The notes under the pieces are model-generated. The model worked only from the letters and a program-made list of their open reading frames with translations. It searched no databases and was not told the DNA's origin. DNA of 64,000 nt from Desulfobacterales bacterium. GTDB lineage: Bacteria > Desulfobacterota > Desulfobacteria > Desulfobacterales > UBA2245. This document shows positions 56,686 through 64,000 of this stretch, one piece after another; the first letter of the stretch is position 1; every line of letters begins with the position of its first letter. Position numbers and translations under genes: made by a program. The stretch covers positions 186,001 to 250,000 of the forward strand of contig JAXGZF010000003.1 in the NCBI GenBank assembly GCA_040771865.1. The letters are read 5' to 3'.

Positions 56686-57348
56686 TTGACCAAGACGCTT
56701 GAAAAACAATTCGTCATCGATGCCCTTACCACCCGGGAGCCTTGGCGTATTTTTAAAATCATGGGTGAATTCGTTGAGGGTGTCGACGCACTTCATGAGC
56801 TGGGGCCGGCCGTGAGTATTTTTGGATCCGCCCGGGTTTTGCCCACAGAACCCTATTATAAAAAGGCGGAAAAAATCGCTGAACTTTTTGTGAAAAGCGG
56901 TTTTGCCGTTATCACAGGCGGGGGCGGCGGCATCATGGAAGCGGCCAACAAAGGTGCGGCCAAGGCGAACGGCGTCTCCGTCGGCCTGAATATCATCCTG
57001 CCGCACGAACAAAAACCCAACAAATATGCCAATACGCGAATCGAGTTCAAATATTTCTTTATCCGCAAGGTCATGTTCCTCAAATACGCTCATGCCTACA
57101 TCGTCCTGCCGGGCGGATTCGGCACCCTGGACGAACTTTTTGAAGCAGTCACACTGATTCAAACTCACCGCATGAAACCGTTTCCCGTAATCCTGGTGGG
57201 CTCGGAATACTGGGCCGGAATGATTGAGTGGATTCGTTCCAGTCTGTTGTTGGAAGAAAAGATTTCCCCGAAAGATATGGATATTGTTCAGGTCATGGAT
57301 GATCCTGAGGAAATTGTCAAAACGATTCAAAAAACGGTGATTGTCTGA
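56686..57348 (+). CDS. LOG family (TIGR00730-like) Rossmann-fold protein
   Basis: SIFGSAR, TGGGGGIMEAAN, RKVMF, PGGFGTLDE. Confidence 0.93.
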   Translation: MTKTLEKQFVIDALTTREPWRIFKIMGEFVEGVDALHELGPAVSIFGSARVLPTEPYYKKAEKIAELFVKSGFAVITGGGGGIMEAANKGAAKANGVSVGLNIILPHEQKPNKYANTRIEFKYFFIRKVMFLKYAHAYIVLPGGFGTLDELFEAVTLIQTHRMKPFPVILVGSEYWAGMIEWIRSSLLLEEKISPKDMDIVQVMDDPEEIVKTIQKTVIV

Positions 57349-57439
57349 AAAAGGCGGTCTGAAAATCGGCCCCAAACCGACCGCGCCCTGAATTCCGAAT
57401 ATTTTTTGTCTAAAAATTTCGGGCCGATAGGGATATTCT

Positions 57440-58315
57440 ATGAAGCTTATTGAGTTGGCCAAAAGCAGCGGTCTGATTTTCGACGGCGGCATGGGAACGA
57501 TGCTGATCATGGAGGGTCTGGCCGGCGGCAGAGCGTCGGAATGCTGGAATATTGAAAATCCCTCGGTAATTGAAAAAATCCACCGGGCTTACATTGACGC
57601 CGGCGCGGACGTGATTACCACGAACACCTTCGGCGCCAGCTCCCTGAAACTCAAAAAGGCGGGACTCGAGGATCAGGCGGAGTTGATCAACCGGACGGCG
57701 GTTGAACTGGCCCGAAAGGCTGCCAAAGACCGGTTTGTAGCCGGAGACATCGGTCCGACCGGAGATCTGATGGCCCCATTCGGTCCGGTTTCACGGGAAC
57801 AGGCCTTTGACAACTTTGCCCGGCAGGCCTCCTGTCTGGCCCGGTCCGGAGTGGATCTTTTTCTCATAGAAACCATGTTTGACCTTCAGGAATGCCTAGC
57901 CGCCGTCAAGGGCGTCCGTTCCGTATCCGATCTGCCCATTTTCGCAACTCTGACCTTCCGGAAAACCGCCAGGGGCTTTGCCACCATGATGGGAAACAAG
58001 GTTGCCGAAAGCCTTGAAGCGCTTCAGGAAGCCGGCGCTGCCGCAGTCGGCGCCAACTGCACGCTGGGAAGCGATGAGATGGTGGGACTTGCGGAAGAAA
58101 TTCGTGCCGCTACCGAAGGGCTGACCATCGTACAGCCTAACGCCGGCAGCCCGCAGCCCCGCGGTTCCGAGATTTTTTACCCTGAAGACAGCGATTATTT
58201 TTCGGACCGTATTTTACAAATCAAAGTCCTAGGCATTGAAATCGTCGGCGGATGCTGCGGAACCACGCCGGAATATATTCGAAAAATTCGCCAAAAAATT
58301 CAGTCCGCAACCTGA
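57440..58315 (+). CDS. Homocysteine S-methyltransferase family protein (stand-alone MetH N-domain)
   Basis: DGGMGT, TNTFGA, IETM, GANC, PNAG, GGCCGTTP. Confidence 0.92.
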   Translation: MKLIELAKSSGLIFDGGMGTMLIMEGLAGGRASECWNIENPSVIEKIHRAYIDAGADVITTNTFGASSLKLKKAGLEDQAELINRTAVELARKAAKDRFVAGDIGPTGDLMAPFGPVSREQAFDNFARQASCLARSGVDLFLIETMFDLQECLAAVKGVRSVSDLPIFATLTFRKTARGFATMMGNKVAESLEALQEAGAAAVGANCTLGSDEMVGLAEEIRAATEGLTIVQPNAGSPQPRGSEIFYPEDSDYFSDRILQIKVLGIEIVGGCCGTTPEYIRKIRQKIQSAT

Positions 58316-58328
58316 AAGGGATGATCCG

Positions 58329-59069
58329 ATGCCGCTGGAAGCCATTACCGATCTTGAAAATGAAGACGCTGTCCGGCTGCTGCTGGATTTTTTCCACCGC
58401 GCCGTGATTCATCACGCCCTGTGGTTTACCGAGGTCCGCCATCAGATGGGAATGGAAAAGTCTCTGAAAACTCTGGGCATTGTCCTGGAAAAGAGCCTGC
58501 CCGTTCAGATGGACCGGCTGTCCAGAGCTTTTGGATTTTCCTTGAAAAACGGGCTTCCCGAACCCCTGCTCTCATTTTCCCGGCAGGATCTGGCCGGTCT
58601 GCTTCAGGCGACGGCGGTCAACTGGCTGGCCAATGACGGGATCTGGTTTCAGGCCATCGAGCAATCCCGTGGCATGAACGACGCCAAACGCTGCAATGAT
58701 TCCTGCTGGGCCCGGTTTTCACCTTTCGAGGCCTGGAGCATCAGGCGCTTCCTCAATCTTTCCGACGCTCCGGGTCTGGACGGACTCAAAAAAGCGCTGA
58801 ACTTCAGGCTGTATGCATGCATCAATACCCAGAGCCTTATCGATGAGACGCCGGAATCTGTCGTTTTCCATATGAATGACTGCAGGGTCCAATCGGCGCG
58901 CAAACGCCGGGGGCTGCCCGACTATCCCTGCAAGACCGGAGGGATGGTGGAATATGACTATTTCGCCCGCGCCATCGATTCCCGCATAGAAACCGAATGC
59001 ATCGGATGCCCGCCGGACCCGCATCCCGACCAGTGGTATTGCGCGTGGCGGTTCCGTATTCGGCCATAA
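58329..59069 (+). CDS. DUF6125-like protein
   Basis: WLANDGIWFQ, CRVQSARKRRGL..YPCK, CIGCPPD, CAWRF. Confidence 0.75.
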   Translation: MPLEAITDLENEDAVRLLLDFFHRAVIHHALWFTEVRHQMGMEKSLKTLGIVLEKSLPVQMDRLSRAFGFSLKNGLPEPLLSFSRQDLAGLLQATAVNWLANDGIWFQAIEQSRGMNDAKRCNDSCWARFSPFEAWSIRRFLNLSDAPGLDGLKKALNFRLYACINTQSLIDETPESVVFHMNDCRVQSARKRRGLPDYPCKTGGMVEYDYFARAIDSRIETECIGCPPDPHPDQWYCAWRFRIRP

Positions 59070-59096
59070 ACTCAGTAATTATTCGGAGGCTTGACC

Positions 59097-60128
59097 ATGA
59101 AGGCAATGATTCTGAATCGAATCGGCAGCATGACCCAGAACCCGAATCCCCTTGAACTTGCGGACATGCCGGTTCCGGTTCCAAATGAAAAGGAGATTCG
59201 CATCTGCATTTCGGCCTGCGGAGTCTGCCACACCGAACTGGACGAGATCGAAGGTCGAACGCCGCCGCCAGTGCTCCCCGTTATTCCGGGCCATCAGATC
59301 GTCGGCCGGGTGGATGCGAACGGGCCGGGGGCCGGAAGATTTTCCATCGGCGACCGGGTTGGCGTTGCCTGGATTTATCACGCCTGCGGAAAGTGCGCGT
59401 TCTGCCGGCGCGGAGATGAAAATCTCTGCCCTGATTTCCAGGCCACCGGCCGGGATGCCCACGGCGGGTATGCCCAATACACAACGATTCAAGAGGATTT
59501 TGCCTTTCCGATTCCCAATGTATTTTCCGATTCCGAGGCGGCGCCGCTGCTCTGCGCCGGCGCGATCGGATATCGTTCCCTGAATCTGACCGGGCTGAAA
59601 GACGGCGAAAATCTGGGACTGACGGGATTCGGAGGATCGGCCCATCTGGTGTTGATGCTGGCCCACCATATTTATCCGAAATCACAGGTTTTTGTGTTTG
59701 CCAGAAGCCCTCGGGAAAGGGATTTTGCCAGGGAACTGGGGGCGGTGTGGTCTGGCCCGACCGAAACCTTGGCGCCCGAACTCCTGCACGGCATCATCGA
59801 CACGACTCCTGCCTGGAAACCGATTGTCTGGGCGCTGAAAAATCTTCAAAGCGGAGGAAGGCTGGTGATCAACGCCATTCGAAAGGAAAGCGCGGATCAG
59901 GCCGAGCTTCTGAATCTGAGCTATCCGGAACACCTCTGGATGGAAAAGGAAATCAAGAGCGTGGCTAATGTCGCCCGCAGCGATGTTGAATCTTTTTTGC
60001 AAATCGCCGCAAGAATTCCCATTCGGCCGGAATTCTCCGAGTTTGATTTATCCGATGCCAATTTGGCCCTTCAGGAACTGAAACAACAAAAAATTCGCGG
60101 CGCCAAGGTACTGAAAATCGGCGATTGA
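59097..60128 (+). CDS. Zinc-dependent alcohol dehydrogenase (AdhP-like)
   Basis: CGVCHTE, PGHQ, CGKCAFC..ENLC, PLLCAG, GFGGSA. Confidence 0.93.
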   Translation: MKAMILNRIGSMTQNPNPLELADMPVPVPNEKEIRICISACGVCHTELDEIEGRTPPPVLPVIPGHQIVGRVDANGPGAGRFSIGDRVGVAWIYHACGKCAFCRRGDENLCPDFQATGRDAHGGYAQYTTIQEDFAFPIPNVFSDSEAAPLLCAGAIGYRSLNLTGLKDGENLGLTGFGGSAHLVLMLAHHIYPKSQVFVFARSPRERDFARELGAVWSGPTETLAPELLHGIIDTTPAWKPIVWALKNLQSGGRLVINAIRKESADQAELLNLSYPEHLWMEKEIKSVANVARSDVESFLQIAARIPIRPEFSEFDLSDANLALQELKQQKIRGAKVLKIGD

Positions 60129-60486
60129 GCAGACTTTTCTGCAGCGAATCACAGCAATCTTGTTCGGTTGTTTTGAAATAACAAATGCGATACGTTTTTT
60201 AAGATGCGTGTTCCGTATTCAGTGCCGAAGCTTTTCGAAAGCATCGCATCAGGTGACCGAGAGCCTTGGAATCATGTCGCTAAACCTTATTCTTCAAAGC
60301 AAAACGGATAGTGCGTTCTGTTAAAAAAGGATACCGGTTCTTTTGGCGACGATAATTTGGCGGCACTGTTTTCTGGCACGGAAGAACAGGAACAATTGCG
60401 GGGAAAACGACGCGAAAGTGCAAGAAGGGTAGGATCGTCAACCTCTGAAAAAACCAAGATGATTGACTTCGGCTTTACGCGACCGG

Positions 60487-60687
60487 CTATCCGCCCAGTT
60501 GATTGGCCAGCGTCTTGATTTCATCGGCGATCTGGTTGAGCAATACTGAAACTCCCATGCTTTCCGACGGCGTCAGCGCCCTTTCCATGCCTCTGTCCTC
60601 TCGGTAAAGATCTGCCAGACCCTTGAGACGGGCGATTGGCGTGTACATGCTTAAAAAAACGGTTCTCGGATTTCTGATTTCCATCAT
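60487..60687 (-). CDS. Small hypothetical protein (66 aa)
   Basis: AAGGA RBS, helical sequence, preceded by a very AT-rich region. Confidence 0.45.
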   Translation of the reverse strand: MMEIRNPRTVFLSMYTPIARLKGLADLYREDRGMERALTPSESMGVSVLLNQIADEIKTLANQLGG

Positions 60688-61267
60688 AATTAATTTTTCC
60701 TTAATTCAAATGATAAATTATATTCAATTAATTTTTTATACTTATAAACTAATATTTTCAATTTTGTCTATAGGAAATTTAGCCTATTTTCATGGGGAAA
60801 CTTCCTGAATCTCCCAACCCAATCTCTACAAGATGCCTTGACAGCAGCTGAATTTCTGTATTAGCCAGCAATAAAGCAAATATTGTGCCGGATATTTATA
60901 TCGGTAGTTTATAATATGTTTTCAAGTAGTTGAAGCATATTCGCGGAATTTTTTTACACCCGGCGTGTATCCAAATTATGCGCTTCTTGTCAATTTTTCC
61001 TGCATTTTTTATAGCCCCCCATTCCGCAAAACAAAAAATTTTGGCCATAAATTTTTTGTTGAATCTTCTTTGAATGCATCCAAGCCGAAAATGCGCTGCC
61101 GTTTGATACTGGTTTTTTGGTATGCCGGCCAAGAACTGCCAACGGAAACCATCTCAAGTCTTTTGAATCAGGCATGTATTTTTATTGACATTCGTTTTGC
61201 ATACGAATACAAATACCCCACTTTTTAAATTCGTTTTTCAATCTTGCCGGAAAGGAGGTTTGGGCAT

Positions 61268-61813
61268 ATGTATGTTCCAAGATATCTTTTTTTTACCAAA
61301 GGCGTCGGCGTCCATCGTGAAAAGCTGGCTTCCTTTGAAAACGCTTTGCGAAACGCACGCATCGCGCATCTGAATCTGGTGATGGTTTCTTCTATTTTTC
61401 CGCCGCACTGCAAAATTTTTGATATCGAAGCAGGTTTGTCCCGGCTGGAACCCGGGGAAATCACCCATTGCGTCATGGCGCGCGAGCAGATCAACGAAGC
61501 CGGCCGAAGAGTTGTGGCCAGTGTCGGCCTTGCCATTCCCGCTGAGCCCGGCCGGTACGGATATCTTTCGGAACATCACGGCTTCGGGCAGACAGAGCTT
61601 GAGGCCGGGGAATATGCCGAAGATTTGGCCGCCTCCATGCTTGCCAACACGCTGGGCATTGAATTCGATCCGGACAAAGACTACGACGAACGCCGGGAGG
61701 TTTACAGCCTGAGCGGTAAGATCGTCGAGTCCCAGCACATCAGCCAGGCCGCCCTGGGCGCGGAAGGCCATCTGTGGACCACCGTGCTTGCCTCAGCGGT
61801 TTTTGTAAAATAA
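61268..61813 (+). CDS. Pyruvoyl-dependent arginine decarboxylase
   Basis: [26 protein letters not shown] (Ser-Ser autocleavage), [14 protein letters not shown]. Confidence 0.92.
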   Translation: MYVPRYLFFTKGVGVHREKLASFENALRNARIAHLNLVMVSSIFPPHCKIFDIEAGLSRLEPGEITHCVMAREQINEAGRRVVASVGLAIPAEPGRYGYLSEHHGFGQTELEAGEYAEDLAASMLANTLGIEFDPDKDYDERREVYSLSGKIVESQHISQAALGAEGHLWTTVLASAVFVK

Positions 61814-61816
61814 TCC

Positions 61817-62722
61817 ATGACGATAAAACCGTTCACCCACTTCGGCGACGACGAAGTGCCGGACGCGGGATTTGATAAGGCGCGGATCATTGTTCTGCCT
61901 CTGTGCTACGAACATGCGTCCTCCTATGGAACCGGCAGCGGCACCGGGCCTTCTCACATTCTCGACGCTTCCGTCCAACTCGAACGCGTGGATGAGGAAA
62001 CCCTGATCGACTGGGGGGAGTTTCGGATTCACACCCTGTCTCCGCTGAGGCCCTCTGGATCACCCGAAGAGGCGGTCGCGGAAATGAAAACTGCCGCCGA
62101 AAAGATCATGGCAAAGGGGAAATTTCTTCTGTCGCTGGGCGGCGATCACGCCATTGCAATCGGACCGGCGATCGCCGCCTCCCTGATCTATCCAAACCTG
62201 GGCATTTTACAGGTAGATGCGCATCTGGATCTTCGCGATCGGTGGAACGGCAGTCCATACAACCATGCCTGTGTGATGCGCCGCATCGATGAAGAGGCGC
62301 GGATCCCCATGGTTCAGGTGGGAATACGTGCATTTTGCGCTGAAGAGCTTGAATATGTCCGGTGCCGGAATCTTCGGCCTGTGTATGCGCACACCATCGA
62401 TCCGGCGGACAATTCCTGGATTCAGGAGGTGGTTGACAGACTGCCCGAAAACGTCTACCTGAGCGTCGATCTGGACGGTCTGGACCCATCGGTGCTGCCG
62501 GCAACCGGAACCCCCGAGCCCGGCGGCCTGAGTTTCCGACAGCTTGTTTCGCTGATCAAGGCGGTCGGACGCAGCCGGCGGGTGGTAGCCGCAGACATTA
62601 ATGAACTTGCCAAAATAGAAGGTTCCCTATTTTCGGAATACACGGCCGCCAAGATCGCCACCAAGATTTTCATCCACTGCGCTTATCGGGAAGCGGTTTT
62701 TCAGAAAGGTCGGAATCCGTGA
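61817..62722 (+). CDS. speB: Agmatinase
   Basis: LGGDH, DAHLD, HAC, DLDGLDPS, TGTPEPGG. Confidence 0.93.
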   Translation: MTIKPFTHFGDDEVPDAGFDKARIIVLPLCYEHASSYGTGSGTGPSHILDASVQLERVDEETLIDWGEFRIHTLSPLRPSGSPEEAVAEMKTAAEKIMAKGKFLLSLGGDHAIAIGPAIAASLIYPNLGILQVDAHLDLRDRWNGSPYNHACVMRRIDEEARIPMVQVGIRAFCAEELEYVRCRNLRPVYAHTIDPADNSWIQEVVDRLPENVYLSVDLDGLDPSVLPATGTPEPGGLSFRQLVSLIKAVGRSRRVVAADINELAKIEGSLFSEYTAAKIATKIFIHCAYREAVFQKGRNP

Positions 62723-63234
62723 CGGCGGCTGTCGATTCGCTGCCCGAGCGCATGCGGCAGTTCGCCCAACAGATCACGCCGTCCTCATGGAACGTCGTGC
62801 TCCATCCTGGACAAAATCGCTGGATCGCGAGTACGCTGAACCTGCTGCTATCGGTCAAATCCGGTCCGTTTGAAGTGTTCACCGATTCCGAGGGTCGCCT
62901 GTGCGGCCCGGAAACTCCGGGCGCCGTTCCCTGTCCGGCACTGCTTCGGGGAAATCTTCTGTACACCCCGCTTGACGAAATGCAAATCAATCGGCCCGGA
63001 ACGGCGGCTCATGCGGTCATTCAAATATGGCCTTGCGCCGGCGACTGGAAGGAACTGATCATCGAAGCCATGGCCCAGACGGCCGTGTGCCGGTATCTGG
63101 CCTTTGAGGCACGAATTCATCGAACTGAATTCACCACGGCATTTCGCAGGCCGGATATTGCGCCCGGCGACCCGCTGTATCGAAAAGCAAAACAGTTGTT
63201 TCAAAAACGGGCCGTTCGATTTTCAGGCGAATGA
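62719..63234 (+). CDS. Hypothetical protein
   Basis: GTG start overlaps speB stop (GTGA); 171 aa. Confidence 0.55.
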   Translation: MTAAVDSLPERMRQFAQQITPSSWNVVLHPGQNRWIASTLNLLLSVKSGPFEVFTDSEGRLCGPETPGAVPCPALLRGNLLYTPLDEMQINRPGTAAHAVIQIWPCAGDWKELIIEAMAQTAVCRYLAFEARIHRTEFTTAFRRPDIAPGDPLYRKAKQLFQKRAVRFSGE

Positions 63235-63424
63235 TCCGCCGCTGCATGAATGCACTCGAAATCAATATAAAATTCAAAGCCATTTTTTCGGTTGATCAAT
63301 CCTCGAATCTTCTTTAGGATGCCGGCTTACTCGTCACTGAAATTTTGTCGGCTGTTTCGATGAACCAGCGGCAGCATCGTCATCCTGGTGAAGCGATTCG
63401 AAACTTAGAGGGAAATGCCTGAAA

Positions 63425-64000
63425 ATGGAAAAGCACGAAAGCCGGCGCTACCCTTCGGTCAAAGCGGCATCAAACGCAGATCGCATCAATATGGTAAAGG
63501 ACATCTTTGCCACGATCACGGGAAAATACGATTTTTTAAACCACCTGCTCAGCCTGCGCCGGGATGTGGCCTGGCGGCGCCGGACGGTTGGCGCCATGCG
63601 TTTTTTCAGAACCCACCGTTTGCTGGACATGGCTACGGGCACCGGGGATCTGGCCATCGAAGCGGCCCTGGTTCATCCGGACATTCAGGTGATCGGCATG
63701 GATTTTGTGAATGAAATGATGGACGTGGCTTGGGAAAAAATCATCCGCAAAAAGCTTTCCGGCCGCATCAGTCTGGTCCAGGCCGACGCCCTTCGAATTC
63801 CGGCTGCGGAAAACAGCTTTGACGCAGCAGCCATCGCTTTTGGCATTCGAAACATTCCGGAACGTCTGGCGGCTTTAAAGGAAATGGCCCGGGTGGTGGT
63901 TCCCGGCGGCAGGGTCCTAGTGCTGGAAATGACCTTTCCCCGCAGTGTTTTTTTTCAGAAAATCTACGATATCTATCTGAATCGTCTGCTGCCTCGCCTT
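63425..64000 (+). CDS. ubiE: Ubiquinone/menaquinone C-methyltransferase (partial, runs off window)
   Basis: Manual translation: IFATITGKYDFLNHLLSL..DVAWRR..LLDMATGTGDLA..AFGIRNI..EMARVVVPGG; missed by the ORF track because no stop lies in the window. Confidence 0.9.
   Translation, partial: MEKHESRRYPSVKAASNADRINMVKDIFATITGKYDFLNHLLSLRRDVAWRRRTVGAMRFFRTHRLLDMATGTGDLAIEAALVHPDIQVIGMDFVNEMMDVAWEKIIRKKLSGRISLVQADALRIPAAENSFDAAAIAFGIRNIPERLAALKEMARVVVPGGRVLVLEMTFPRSVFFQKIYDIYLNRLLPRL

Noticed and set aside
60360..60400. Sigma-54 promoter at TGGCACG
   Set aside because: The -12 TTGC element is not at the required spacing.

Overview
Chromosomal window, probably from a sulfate-reducing deltaproteobacterium (Desulfobacterales-like; inferred from gene content and repeat types). 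0-7.5 kb: metal/cofactor-uptake cluster (TonB receptor, periplasmic binding protein, DUF364 protein, two methyltransferases, one frameshifted). 8-11 kb: DUF364-XdhC-MoeA operon. 11.4-18.3 kb: orphan exported proteins, including a ~1260-aa protein with two Ser/Thr-rich beta-hairpin-like segments and a CFI-box tail. 18.5-20.9 kb: lsrF-like/Zn-dehydrogenase/VOC operon. 21.4-24.9 kb: integron-type cassette array with attC sites but no integrase (CALIN), carrying a ClpP-class protease, a secreted protein, an HhH glycosylase-like protein and decaying ORF6N and GNAT genes. A PIF1/HRDC helicase follows, and a diverged ~115-bp direct repeat brackets the array plus helicase. The most striking element is at 27.8-32.7 kb: a non-discriminating-type AspRS fused to a GatC-like domain, a GatA homologue lacking its entire glutaminase triad, and a GatB with intact catalytic motifs but no DYRYFPEPD segment. 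This is a candidate covalently tethered, glutamine-independent tRNA transamidation system. The rest is mostly housekeeping (polyamine, NAD salvage, Zn/Mn ABC transporter, tRNA-Phe, rsmE, valS, nadC, lepA, leuCD, ndk, ubiE) with two MITE-like repeats and a PopZ-like gene upstream of valS. All calls come from manual motif reading; no database searches were run.
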